A stretch of DNA of 52,349 bases, taken from a virus (lineage: Duplodnaviria > Caudoviricetes). The position numbers and the translations under genes were made by a program. How positions within the stretch are numbered: position 1 is the first letter of the stretch; the number at the start of each line of letters is the position of its first letter. The DNA is taken from the IMG/VR virus record IMGVR_UViG_3300025018_000018, positions 1 through 52,349 of that record. The stretch is one strand, 5' to 3'. A model generated the notes under the pieces. It saw nothing but the letters and a program-made list of their open reading frames with translations. It was not told the DNA's origin and did not search any database. Positions 1-9,322 of the stretch are shown piece after piece.

Positions 1-127
1 GCATCCCTCAATTAAAGCGAGGGATTATGTCAAAAATTAATGCACCAAAACCAGTTATCCAGAAAGAGGTAACGCCAACCGTCACAGTCATCTTGCCGGA
101 GTTGGCTGCCGAAATCGGTCTGAATGA
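1..127. repeat. Terminal direct repeat (identical to 52223-52349); circular-assembly overlap
   Basis: gcatccctca...ggtctgaatga occurs at both ends; 127 bp is a usual assembler k-mer; the repeat cuts into the start of the rep gene. Confidence 0.95.
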
Positions 128-1082
128 TAGCATCATGCTAATGCAGATTGCCTTCTGGATCAGTACGACCAATTTATATATTGATGGGCAATACTGGACG
201 TATCAAAGCACCGGCGATATGCAGTCTAAAGCGTTCCCATATTGGAGCCGTAGCACAATCAACCGTGCCGCCAAAAAATTGGTAGAGAAGGGGTTGCTTT
301 TTGAGGGCAGCTACAACAAAGCAAAGTTTGATCGCACACCTTGGTACGCGCTAAATCCGGATGGCATTAGCCAATTGAAAAGCATCTCACTAACATGGAT
401 AGATAACATGGTTGAGCCGCTTATCGTGTGTCAAAATGACACAAGCGTGTGTCAAAATGACACACGTAGAACGCAAAATGACACACGTAGAACGCAAAAT
501 GACACAACTATACCAGAGATTACTACAGAGACTCCTACAGAGATTACTACAGATGGTATTGCACCTAACGGTGCAGCGCGCTGGATCGCTCAGTTGTCAT
601 TGATGACGTTCATCAAGGATTTAATACCTGCGCTCCAAACCGCAAATGAAGAACTGGAAGCAAAGCGCGAACGCCCCATACAAATCGCCGCCATCATCAA
701 TGCAAAAGTCGTCTCAGATATTGACCGTAAAATCCCACACAACAAACAGGCTAATCCCTGGATGAACAAAACAGAACGCGGTTGGTGCGAGGCAATTATA
801 GACGCAGGCTTCACACCGGAGGATGTTGTCGCATATATCGCAGACCTCGTTCAGGAACCATTCTGGCACGGACGCAGCATCAGCCTAAAATATATCGCGC
901 AAAACATCCGCGCTTGGGCAGAAAAGCCTGTTGAACCAGAACGTGCATCTTTCCAGGAGTTCAAAGGCGAGTTACCCGAACCATTGTTCCCGCCGGAACG
1001 GTGGGACAAACACCGCGATTTTTTCACATCACTGTTTACGAAACCGAGGTGCGACAATGCCGCAGCCAGCACACCATCATAA
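27..1082 (+). CDS. Replication initiator protein (N-terminal winged-helix, phage replisome-organiser type)
   Basis: Motifs LAAEIGLNDSIMLMQIAFW, YWTYQS, FPYWSRSTINRA, FDRTPWY; iterons inside the gene; TIPEITTET linker; lies directly upstream of DnaB. Confidence 0.85.
   Translation: MSKINAPKPVIQKEVTPTVTVILPELAAEIGLNDSIMLMQIAFWISTTNLYIDGQYWTYQSTGDMQSKAFPYWSRSTINRAAKKLVEKGLLFEGSYNKAKFDRTPWYALNPDGISQLKSISLTWIDNMVEPLIVCQNDTSVCQNDTRRTQNDTRRTQNDTTIPEITTETPTEITTDGIAPNGAARWIAQLSLMTFIKDLIPALQTANEELEAKRERPIQIAAIINAKVVSDIDRKIPHNKQANPWMNKTERGWCEAIIDAGFTPEDVVAYIADLVQEPFWHGRSISLKYIAQNIRAWAEKPVEPERASFQEFKGELPEPLFPPERWDKHRDFFTSLFTKPRCDNAAASTPS
426..553. repeat. Iteron array / putative replication origin inside rep
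   Basis: CAAAATGACACA four times at 21-bp spacing (432, 453, 474, 495); the first two are palindromic TGTGTCA-AAA-TGACACA; followed by three 12-bp CAGAGAYTMCTA repeats (514-549). Confidence 0.8.
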
Positions 1083-2466
1083 ACCACCACTAGACCCAGA
1101 CTTTAAACAAAAGCCATCTGCGGAATCGCCTTACAGCCAGGAAGCAGAAGAAGCACTTATCGGGGCAGCACTAATTAGTGCCAATGCGGTCAATGCGGTT
1201 GTCAGATATTTGAAACCGCAGCACTTCTTTTTTCTGAAACATGCCTATATCTGGCAGGCAATGCTCAAGCTCCATGAAGCGGACATGGCAATTGATCCTG
1301 TGACAGTTGGCAACGAACTCCGCAGTATGGGCAAGCTAGAGGACATAGGCGGCGCGGCTTATCTAACACATTTGATTGCCAACACACCAACATCAGTCCA
1401 TGCGGAAGTCTACGCACAAATTGTCCTGATGGCAGCATATCGCAGAAGCGTAATGGTCGCATCCGACGATATGAAAAGCGCGGCGATGAATGAGGACATT
1501 CCAGCAGAGCAGGCGTTACGGGATGCTGTTGGGCAATTAGAGGACATGATTGTATCAATCAGAGGCTTAAACGCCCCAACAATTGTGGATCACCTAGAAC
1601 GCCACATGAGCGATGTTGAGCAGGCAATATCTAAAGCTGGCGATACGCCTGTTATGGGTGTGCCAAGCGGCATTAAATCGCTAGACGCCTTGCTGGACGG
1701 ATTTCATCGCCGTAAGGTATATGTGGTCGGTGGGCGTAAGCATATGGGTAAAACAGGCTTCATGACGACATGCCTTGTGGCTGCCTGTCGCAACCGCAAG
1801 AAGGTCGCATTTTTCAATGTGGCTGATGGTAGCGAACGGGATGTATTAAACAACATCCTATCGCAACTAACGGACATCGAGCCATTTAGAATTGAATCAG
1901 GGCGTATGTCATCAATGGAGTATCAACGCTACGTCCAGGCGTGCGGTGAGATGTCTAACTGGGACATTCTCATCATCAGCAAAAAGGGGATGTCGCCGCG
2001 CGAAATCTACTACGAAGCACGCGCCAAGCACCAACGGGGCGGTCTCGATATTGTGTTTATCGACTATCTACAGCGGATGTCACCAGGGACGCCAGATAAC
2101 GATGCTGCGCGTGCAGTTCTCCGTCAGCCGGAACGCGAGCAATTAAATTTCATCAGCCAGGCACTCACCAAAATGGCAGATGTAGACATGCTGAATGTTC
2201 CTATTGTTGTCGGCGCACAAATCAACCGTGCCAGTACACATGGTAAAGACAAGCGTCCAACGTCCGAACATCTCAAAGGATCGGGCAATCTGGAAGAAGA
2301 TGCCGATGTGGTGTTGTTAATCCATCGTGAGGGATATTACGATAAAAACTATGCTGAGCCAGATGTTACCGAAATCATCGTGGATAAAAACAAGGTGACC
2401 CGTCAGCTAGGGACTATCAAGTGTCGCACTTCACAGGCATCAGCACGATTTATGGACAATAAATGA
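1057..2466 (+). CDS. dnaB: Replicative DNA helicase, DnaB family
   Basis: PYSQEAEEALIG N-domain; Walker A variant GGRKHMGKT; VFIDYLQ; AQINR; LKGSGNLEEDADVV; start placed at the ATG after GAGGTG. Confidence 0.95.
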   Translation: MPQPAHHHKPPLDPDFKQKPSAESPYSQEAEEALIGAALISANAVNAVVRYLKPQHFFFLKHAYIWQAMLKLHEADMAIDPVTVGNELRSMGKLEDIGGAAYLTHLIANTPTSVHAEVYAQIVLMAAYRRSVMVASDDMKSAAMNEDIPAEQALRDAVGQLEDMIVSIRGLNAPTIVDHLERHMSDVEQAISKAGDTPVMGVPSGIKSLDALLDGFHRRKVYVVGGRKHMGKTGFMTTCLVAACRNRKKVAFFNVADGSERDVLNNILSQLTDIEPFRIESGRMSSMEYQRYVQACGEMSNWDILIISKKGMSPREIYYEARAKHQRGGLDIVFIDYLQRMSPGTPDNDAARAVLRQPEREQLNFISQALTKMADVDMLNVPIVVGAQINRASTHGKDKRPTSEHLKGSGNLEEDADVVLLIHREGYYDKNYAEPDVTEIIVDKNKVTRQLGTIKCRTSQASARFMDNK

Positions 2467-2467
2467 C

Positions 2468-2501
2468 GACACCCGCCAGAGGCTCATTTCCGGCGGGTGT
2501 C
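2468..2501. terminator. Hairpin terminator between convergent dnaB and HTH genes
   Basis: GACACCCGCC...GGCGGGTGTC inverted repeat. Confidence 0.6.
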
Positions 2502-2526
2502 TACACTTAAGAGTGTGCTATTCATT

Positions 2527-2793
2527 TTAGCACCTCTGCACAACTCCGTCACGTACAAACTCAATCAGATCATGGTATGAGCAATCTAACACGCGCATCA
2601 GCGCATCAATAATATCCGCCGTTACATACGCACGAAGTTTTTTGTCATCCTCTAAATCCATCAGGGTTTGATAGCGGATCCGCGTCGCGTAATGAAGCTC
2701 CTGGCGGGTTAACCCTTTTTTCTCAGTCAATTCTTTCAAGCCCTTCACACGGAACCCTGTGGTTCGTGTAGGTTCATCTTGTTTTTTTGGCAT
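2527..2793 (-). CDS. Cro/C1-type (XRE) HTH transcriptional regulator
   Basis: LKELTEKKGLTRQELHYATRIRYQTLMDLE ... LMRVLDCSYHDLIEF pattern; divergent from the methyltransferase. Confidence 0.8.
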   Translation of the reverse strand: MPKKQDEPTRTTGFRVKGLKELTEKKGLTRQELHYATRIRYQTLMDLEDDKKLRAYVTADIIDALMRVLDCSYHDLIEFVRDGVVQRC

Positions 2794-2841
2794 AGTCTGT
2801 TTCCCGATTAACATGGCTGTGACCACAACTCTATCCCCTCT

Positions 2842-2920
2842 ACCGTATACGGTCAATGAAACATTTGATCTATTCAGTTTATCACGATTGCATAATCTGT
2901 GCAATTGAACGTATACGATT
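2842..2920. promoter_or_regulatory. Divergent promoter region with GTATAC-centred operators
   Basis: ACCGTATACGGT palindrome (2842-2853) and AACGTATACGATT (2908-2920); the motif recurs at 4448-4470 and 42098-42124. Confidence 0.65.
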
Positions 2921-2939
2921 AAATGTATAAGGAGTTTGC

Positions 2940-4424
2940 ATGTTTAACGCAAATTTTTATCCCACACCATCCGCACTTGTTCACAAAATGATTGCACCGT
3001 TCAAAAAACAATTTGGCGGCAGGGATTATCTGTCAGGGTATCGTACCATCCTAGAGCCGTCCGCAGGCAAGGGCGATATTGCCGATGTCCTGGTTGACGA
3101 TTGCTACATCAAAAAGGATCAAATATCCTGCATCGAAATTGAGCCAGAACTCCGCATGATCCTGCAAGGCAAAGGCTATGCCGTGATCGAAACGGACTTC
3201 CTCGCCTACGCAGATCGGTTGATCTTTGATCTCATCATCATGAACCCCCCATTTGATACTGGTGCCGATCATTTGCTCAAAGCGTGGGAAATTTTACAAG
3301 CGGGTGATATTGTCTGCCTACTCAACGCAGAAACAATCCTGAACCCGCATACCGAGAAGCGGCGGCTCCTATGCCGGATCATCTCCGAGCATGGGCGTTA
3401 CGAAGTCATCGGCAACGCCTTTGCTTCCGCAGAGCGCAAAACGGATGTGAATGTGGCAATCGTCTGGTTGCACAAAGATAAGCCTGCATCGCCATTTCCA
3501 GACTTCACACCTACCGGCATGGACTTTGATGCAGAGGTCAAAGAAGAAACCTTTACATCTAACCCAATTGCATCGCGCAATATCGTGGATAGCCTTGTTG
3601 CCCAGTACAACGAAGCCTCACGTATCCTCACAGAGATGGCAACGCTGGAAAAGCAATATCGCTTCTATACCGCCAGCATCATCAAGAAAGATAGCGATGA
3701 GGTTGATAAATCCCTGAACGAAAAGCTCACCGAACTAAAAAAACGCTTCTGGATGTATATCTTTCAGAAGACCAACTTAGGCAAAGTGACGACCTCAAAT
3801 TTTAGACAGAAGTTTGAAGACTTCAGCACCAGCACGCAGCGGCTTAGCTTCACGGTTGCTAATGTCATGGAAGTTTTAGAGATGTTCTTTTTCAATCACG
3901 ATGCCATCATGCAGGATTGCATTGAAGCGGTGTTCAAAAAGGCAACCAGCTACCACGAGAAAAACAAAGTGCATGTCGAAGGTTGGAAGACGAATAAGAG
4001 CTACCGCGTCAACAAGAAGATTATCGTCCCATACGGCATTAAATACGATCAATTTGGGTTTGCGCTGACCTTTATGTACAGCACCAAAGATTTCTACGAT
4101 GACCTGGATAAAGCATTGTGTTTCTTAACAGGTCGCAAGCTGGATGCCATTACGACCATTCAGAGCGCGATTGAACGCCACATTGGTCATAAACCAAGCT
4201 ATCGCGAAGGCGACTATGAAGGCGCGACTTTTGAGGAGCGTTACGACAAATACAAGGCGGCGCACCATGTCCGTGAATGGGATGAAGTCTTCCCCTCTGA
4301 GTTCTTCAACATCCGCATTTTTAAGAAGGGTACGGTCCATCTTACCTTCCGTGATCCAGAACACTGTGCATTGCTCAATATAGCCGCCTCACAAGGCAAG
4401 AAAGAAGTGGGCGGCGGGTACTAA
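2940..4424 (+). CDS. SAM-dependent DNA amino-methyltransferase with DUF4942-like C-terminus
   Basis: FYPTP; LEPSAGKG (motif I); MNPPF (motif IV); GWKTN and FKKGTVHLTF C-terminal motifs. Confidence 0.9.
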   Translation: MFNANFYPTPSALVHKMIAPFKKQFGGRDYLSGYRTILEPSAGKGDIADVLVDDCYIKKDQISCIEIEPELRMILQGKGYAVIETDFLAYADRLIFDLIIMNPPFDTGADHLLKAWEILQAGDIVCLLNAETILNPHTEKRRLLCRIISEHGRYEVIGNAFASAERKTDVNVAIVWLHKDKPASPFPDFTPTGMDFDAEVKEETFTSNPIASRNIVDSLVAQYNEASRILTEMATLEKQYRFYTASIIKKDSDEVDKSLNEKLTELKKRFWMYIFQKTNLGKVTTSNFRQKFEDFSTSTQRLSFTVANVMEVLEMFFFNHDAIMQDCIEAVFKKATSYHEKNKVHVEGWKTNKSYRVNKKIIVPYGIKYDQFGFALTFMYSTKDFYDDLDKALCFLTGRKLDAITTIQSAIERHIGHKPSYREGDYEGATFEERYDKYKAAHHVREWDEVFPSEFFNIRIFKKGTVHLTFRDPEHCALLNIAASQGKKEVGGGY

Positions 4425-4441
4425 TCTTAACACTTTATAGA

Positions 4442-4470
4442 TTGACAGTATACGATTATACGTATACAAT
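4442..4470 (+). promoter_or_regulatory. Sigma70-type promoter overlapped by two GTATAC operators
   Basis: TTGACA-17 bp-TACAAT; GTATACGATT and CGTATACAAT lie within it. Confidence 0.8.
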
Positions 4471-4506
4471 CTATAGTATAGTTTAAGCACTTAAGAGGGT
4501 AACAAA

Positions 4507-4707
4507 ATGGCTCAAATTGAAAATACAAAATGTTTATGCTGCGGTCACGAGATGGGGCAGAAGCTCCAGCAACTCCCGCGCATGACCGTGACAATGGTCA
4601 CCTGTAAAAATCCGGCGTGCATCATGCACGAACAAACACTCACAACCGATAGTAACAACCCTGAGCATGTAGACTTCTGTCGCCAGGGCTTAGTGAAAGC
4701 AGGGTAG
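4507..4707 (+). CDS. Small zinc-ribbon-like protein
   Basis: CLCCG and CKNPAC motifs; RBS GAGGG. Confidence 0.7.
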   Translation: MAQIENTKCLCCGHEMGQKLQQLPRMTVTMVTCKNPACIMHEQTLTTDSNNPEHVDFCRQGLVKAG

Positions 4708-4711
4708 GGCG

Positions 4712-5659
4712 ATGCCATTCCAACTATTAAAAGACGCATACGAAAAATATGAAGCAATTGAAGCGGAAAAAGACGCGGCACGCCGCGCCAAATATCAGAC
4801 AGAACAAAAAGAGCAACGGCGAATTTATGTAGCAAACATCATCAATGTGATGTCTAAATTTTTTGGTGAGGAAATCACCGAAGATCAGATTAGTGATACT
4901 GACCGTGTGTCAATTGGCAATATTGGCATCCAGTTTCACTCGGCAGGCGGAACTTACTTTTCAGCGCAGACTTATAAGCTAGATGACAACGGTAAGCAAA
5001 ATAGTAGAAGCATTCCTATCAACGCATCATGGTCATCAAGTAGACCCCTTATTGATGCCCAACACGATGCATGGGAAGCGTTGCAACGCTTAGATGATTT
5101 TGAGGCTGATGAAGCACCGGAAACATCCGTTGATATTGATTATGGCGAGGCAATCTTTGCCCCCATCAGAGGGCTACGGATGGTGTTAAGCCAAATCACC
5201 GACGAGCTTGGCAACTACCAGGATGACTACATCACAATTTTCACATATGACGATTACGGATACAGAAGATGGTGGAAGGTTTCTGTCAACGATATGTACG
5301 TTTTCAGAATGTGCGAAAACGGCTATGAAGATCAATTCATCTATCGTCAGGGCGCATGGGAAGATTACGTGCGGGATCTCTATAAGATTGTCGAGGAACG
5401 CCGCAAGGAACGCGATCAAGCGCACTCCGAGGAGCAAGCAGCCTATGAAGCGTCACGGTTTGCTCCACTGGACATCAAGCCGAACATCTCAGCCTCCGAA
5501 GGGCTGGCAAAGTTTGAGGCGTTCGCTGCTGTTGAAAAGGAGATAGAACGCGAATACGGTGGTGGAACAGCACAATTGTACTCACCTGCTGAGGCAATGG
5601 TCGCAGCATTGGGTCAAATGATTGATGCCAAAATCAATCAAACTATGGAGCCGTACTAA
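4712..5659 (+). CDS. Hypothetical protein
   Basis: 315-aa ORF, tightly packed in the operon. Confidence 0.8.
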   Translation: MPFQLLKDAYEKYEAIEAEKDAARRAKYQTEQKEQRRIYVANIINVMSKFFGEEITEDQISDTDRVSIGNIGIQFHSAGGTYFSAQTYKLDDNGKQNSRSIPINASWSSSRPLIDAQHDAWEALQRLDDFEADEAPETSVDIDYGEAIFAPIRGLRMVLSQITDELGNYQDDYITIFTYDDYGYRRWWKVSVNDMYVFRMCENGYEDQFIYRQGAWEDYVRDLYKIVEERRKERDQAHSEEQAAYEASRFAPLDIKPNISASEGLAKFEAFAAVEKEIEREYGGGTAQLYSPAEAMVAALGQMIDAKINQTMEPY

Positions 5660-7158
5660 TGGGCGCGTTAACCATCCCATTCGGTACACCTAAGCCTGTC
5701 ACTAGACAGGCTTACCGCCCATCATCCGGCGTGTGGCTGTGCTTCGATATACGCCCACCCGATACCGACAATCCGATGCCCAAATGGTGGCATCTCTCAA
5801 CCATCCAACAATTGAACCCAGGAGCAAATCTGATGGATATGCAATCCGTAACCCAAAAATTGGCGGCGCAATCATTGAGTATTCGCCGCATGACATTCTC
5901 ACTAGGTATTTTCGACATGGTGGCATCTGGGGACAAATCATTCGTCGTTTCTCAGGTGCAGGCTGCTGGATATGAAATCATCCAAGACCCTCCACCTGCT
6001 GAGAAGCACACAGAGCAAGGCACAATCACACTGCTTCAATTCAAGCTGCCATCACAGCAAAATATGGTGGATAGCTACATCACGGTCATTCGTCGTATTG
6101 ACGGTGCAGCGCATGTGCAGCAAGGCAAGATTATCAGCATCTCCAACCTAGTTGAGGATCGCGTTTATCTCGCTTTCAAGGATGGCAAACCGATCTGGTA
6201 CGACTTATCCGCTGCCATCACACCAGAGCCGCATGAAAGCCTCTACAGCGTCGAATCACAGTATGGCGTGCATGTGGGGGATGATTGGCTTGCTGAGAAA
6301 AAGAAACAGGCTGAATCAATCACTGACGAAGAAGCCGCACGATTAGAAGCCACCTGGGAAGCCAAGGTTACACAAGAAGAAATCGCCAGCCTTTCGTCTC
6401 CCGATGGCGCACAGCCTATCGACCTGGATGATTATGTAGCAGCCGTGTATCAAGACGAACCACAGATTAAGCAATACAGATGGGGAACGCTGTATGGGGC
6501 TGTAGAAGCCACATACGCCCATATCCCAGGCGATGCCTATACCACTGTGACATTCAAGACAATGCTCAAACATCCTCATTTGAACGATACCAACACCTAC
6601 GAATGGCAGGTGGGCGAGAACTTCATCCCATACGATGAAGAATCCGATGGGTTGTCTGATGCACTCTACTATTTCACAGAACATCCCGATGATGGGGAAG
6701 CTGTCAGTGAAGCAATCCATAATTTTGAACATGCAATCGCAAACCTCATCATCGAACGCCTGGAAGCCGAGCTAACACAGCTTAAGCAGCGCGGAACAAT
6801 TGTTCCCGCACGTGGGGCAGGGCAGATCGTCAGCAGCATTGATGTCATCTATAAGGGTCAATCCGGTGTGATGGAAACCCGCTTTATCCCGAAGTCATCC
6901 CCAAGCCGGACCCGCGTTCGTGATGTGATCCCCGTTTCTCAAACCATCTATCAGAATGTCAATCCGCTTAACGGGCTGACAACGCCGGAACTGGATTTAG
7001 TACCGTCCAGTAGCGAAGCAATAAGTTTTACCGAAGCAATTGGTTTATTACAGGAAGGTAAACTTACTGATGATGAGGTTGCAAAGATTGGCAACGCCGA
7101 GGCACGAAATAACTTTGTATCATCCATGATGTCCCGTCGGGCGGTGCGGCATGACTAA
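5659..7158 (+). CDS. Hypothetical protein
   Basis: 499-aa ORF; TAATG stop/start coupling. Confidence 0.8.
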   Translation: MGALTIPFGTPKPVTRQAYRPSSGVWLCFDIRPPDTDNPMPKWWHLSTIQQLNPGANLMDMQSVTQKLAAQSLSIRRMTFSLGIFDMVASGDKSFVVSQVQAAGYEIIQDPPPAEKHTEQGTITLLQFKLPSQQNMVDSYITVIRRIDGAAHVQQGKIISISNLVEDRVYLAFKDGKPIWYDLSAAITPEPHESLYSVESQYGVHVGDDWLAEKKKQAESITDEEAARLEATWEAKVTQEEIASLSSPDGAQPIDLDDYVAAVYQDEPQIKQYRWGTLYGAVEATYAHIPGDAYTTVTFKTMLKHPHLNDTNTYEWQVGENFIPYDEESDGLSDALYYFTEHPDDGEAVSEAIHNFEHAIANLIIERLEAELTQLKQRGTIVPARGAGQIVSSIDVIYKGQSGVMETRFIPKSSPSRTRVRDVIPVSQTIYQNVNPLNGLTTPELDLVPSSSEAISFTEAIGLLQEGKLTDDEVAKIGNAEARNNFVSSMMSRRAVRHD

Positions 7159-7729
7159 TATCCTCGCCATCAATCCATACAACGACGAAGATCACCAGCG
7201 TATCACCACGATCAACCAGGAAGCAGATACAGCGTTGCAGGCAGCGATGAACGCTGTCCTGCACATCCAACAACTCTATCAGCATATGACCCCTGATGAA
7301 GTCACTTACATGCAGAGGATCGAAGTCGAACTCTCAATGCAGATTAACACCATGAAGCAACTGATGGACGACATGGAGAGCGAAGCAACCGCTAACTTGG
7401 AAAACTATCAGGATATGGTGCGCGTCGCCCAGGACTTCCAGATGCAGCGCGACCTCGCATTATCTGAATTACAAAATGTTGTTGTCAATACCACACGCCA
7501 GCAGCTTCGTGAACGCCTCGCACGTTTCCTGCAAATTGATTATGACCTTGAGCCACGTAAGTCCGAATGGCTGGCAGAGATGTTTATTGGTCAAACATGG
7601 TTTGATACACCATATCGCCTGGATGAAGACCTGCGCGAAGTGCTGCATAAGATTGCAGAAGACTTCTGGCAACAGGCAGCCGAATCACCTGAAATTCTGG
7701 CTTATCACGAAGATGGAGATGCTGAATGA
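7151..7729 (+). CDS. Hypothetical helical protein (paralog of 7726..8307)
   Basis: Shares RVAxxFQxQRD with the next gene. Confidence 0.75.
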   Translation: MTNILAINPYNDEDHQRITTINQEADTALQAAMNAVLHIQQLYQHMTPDEVTYMQRIEVELSMQINTMKQLMDDMESEATANLENYQDMVRVAQDFQMQRDLALSELQNVVVNTTRQQLRERLARFLQIDYDLEPRKSEWLAEMFIGQTWFDTPYRLDEDLREVLHKIAEDFWQQAAESPEILAYHEDGDAE

Positions 7730-8307
7730 ATCCGCAACACGATATTCAAGTCATTCAAACTGACCTATTGGAAGTGGGGCAATTCCCACTGGAAACGCAT
7801 GTATCAGAAGTCAATGATGCACTCAACCGCATTTATTCCTCTGCCCCCCAAGCAGAGGAAGACCTTGCCATTGTTCAGGCGAACACCCGCTATATCGCTG
7901 ATTACACCAAGCATGTAATCGCCTTATCCCAGGCGTTGATGCGTGTCGCGCTCACATTCCAGCAGCAGCGCGACGAATTGGTGAAGGTTCACGCTGATAT
8001 GCGTGAGGCTTTCCAGCGCAATGATAGTAACGACCCATTTGTGCGCCAGATCATGAGCAAACTCTATGATAAGGCGATGGATGAGCATAACGAAGCATTC
8101 TGGGCAAGCCTGCCATACGATATGGCAACCATGCTCGGTGATGATTGGGAACACTGGAACGCGGATACATTGTTTATGGCAATCACCGTTGATGCAAATG
8201 AAGTCGATGAGGATGGGGAATACTTTGGGTTTACCTACGATCAACTAACCGACTTCCGCGAGAAGTTGCTTGTCATGGTTCAGGAACTCATGGGGGAGGG
8301 CGATTAA
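7726..8307 (+). CDS. Hypothetical helical protein (paralog of 7151..7729)
   Basis: Overlaps the previous stop; shared RVAxxFQxQRD motif. Confidence 0.75.
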   Translation: MNPQHDIQVIQTDLLEVGQFPLETHVSEVNDALNRIYSSAPQAEEDLAIVQANTRYIADYTKHVIALSQALMRVALTFQQQRDELVKVHADMREAFQRNDSNDPFVRQIMSKLYDKAMDEHNEAFWASLPYDMATMLGDDWEHWNADTLFMAITVDANEVDEDGEYFGFTYDQLTDFREKLLVMVQELMGEGD

Positions 8308-8799
8308 ATGATCTTTCAACACACATGGCAGCGGGTGCTAGATGGCTCTCAGACGCAGGCGCGGCATATTGCAGGCGCAAATGACATCCCCATCCTCAAC
8401 GCCCAGAATACGATTGATGCAATCGTTGTGAAAGGCGCAAAACGTGCCAAATGGATCACAGGGAACACATATTCTGTGCAGCCAAAAGGCGGGATGAAGG
8501 GCGTTGCACGCATCCAGCTTATGCGCATGTGGCGCGAGGATGTGCGGCAGATCACCTATAAAGACGCACATGCTGAAGGATATTGGGCTTCAGAAGCGTT
8601 TTTAGGTCATTGGGCTGGTATGCACGACAAAGTAGCTTCGCGTGAATTGATGCGCTGCTTAGATGATGGTGGATCAGGTGTAGGACTTGATCCTGAGTTC
8701 GACATAAAAGAGCTACGCTGGTGGGCAAAGAAAGTGTTACCTAATCGCCCCGCGCATCTCTACACAGCATGGGTGCTTGAATTCAAGGTGGTGTCCTAA
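8308..8799 (+). CDS. ASCH/PUA-like domain protein
   Basis: VLDGSQTQAR (GxKTQTR-like) and ARIQLMRMWREDVRQITYKDAHAEGY; ends WVLEFKVV. Confidence 0.75.
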   Translation: MIFQHTWQRVLDGSQTQARHIAGANDIPILNAQNTIDAIVVKGAKRAKWITGNTYSVQPKGGMKGVARIQLMRMWREDVRQITYKDAHAEGYWASEAFLGHWAGMHDKVASRELMRCLDDGGSGVGLDPEFDIKELRWWAKKVLPNRPAHLYTAWVLEFKVVS

Positions 8800-9059
8800 T
8801 GGCGGCATTACCAAAAACAGATGATCTTGTGGATGAGATCGCCGCAGCGGTGGTTAAATCCAAATCACCAAAAAGCAAAATCCCGAAGAATCGCCAAACG
8901 GTTCGGCTGGTGGAAATTGATCGCGCTCAAAACAAGATGCGCGTCATTGAGGCGACCATCACGATCCACGTGGAGCATGACCTCACACCCCAGCGTGATG
9001 CACGTTGGGTACGCGCATTTTATCAAAAGATGGGTTACACAGTGGCGGTGGTGTCATGA
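8799..9059 (+). CDS. Hypothetical protein
   Basis: Coupled start and stop with both neighbours. Confidence 0.7.
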   Translation: MAALPKTDDLVDEIAAAVVKSKSPKSKIPKNRQTVRLVEIDRAQNKMRVIEATITIHVEHDLTPQRDARWVRAFYQKMGYTVAVVS

Positions 9060-9322
9060 ATGACCTACTCAGCTTTGATGTCTCCCGTCATCGGGGTGAA
9101 ATCGGGATGCTAGTGGTGATCGAGCGTATGCTTGAGCAAGCCACCACAGCACGCGCTATGGAAGCATTCGGGCAGCCAGAAGGTAGTCCCGCGTGGGAGC
9201 GTGTGGCGCGATCATCAAACATGCAGATGACCATTCAGAGCATCGTTGACGATACGCGGTTACTCCGCTGCGATGTAGCCGTAATAGGGAAGGGGGCTGG
9301 CGATGCCGAAAGCGCACGCTGA
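9056..9322 (+). CDS. Hypothetical protein
   Basis: ATGA overlap with the previous stop. Confidence 0.65.
   Translation: MNDLLSFDVSRHRGEIGMLVVIERMLEQATTARAMEAFGQPEGSPAWERVARSSNMQMTIQSIVDDTRLLRCDVAVIGKGAGDAESAR

Noticed and set aside
1-127. 127-bp terminal repeat as a biological virion DTR
   Set aside because: Length equals a common assembler k-mer and it cuts through the rep start; it only shows circularity
426-553. Repeats as a mini-CRISPR array
   Set aside because: 21-bp period with no unique spacers, in frame inside a CDS, and no cas genes
931-1056. N-terminal extension of DnaB in the ORF track
   Set aside because: Overlaps rep; the RBS supports the ATG at 1057
2859-2870. AAAC-ATTT-GATC as an additional LexA box
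   Set aside because: Two mismatches; could be chance in AT-rich DNA, so not counted
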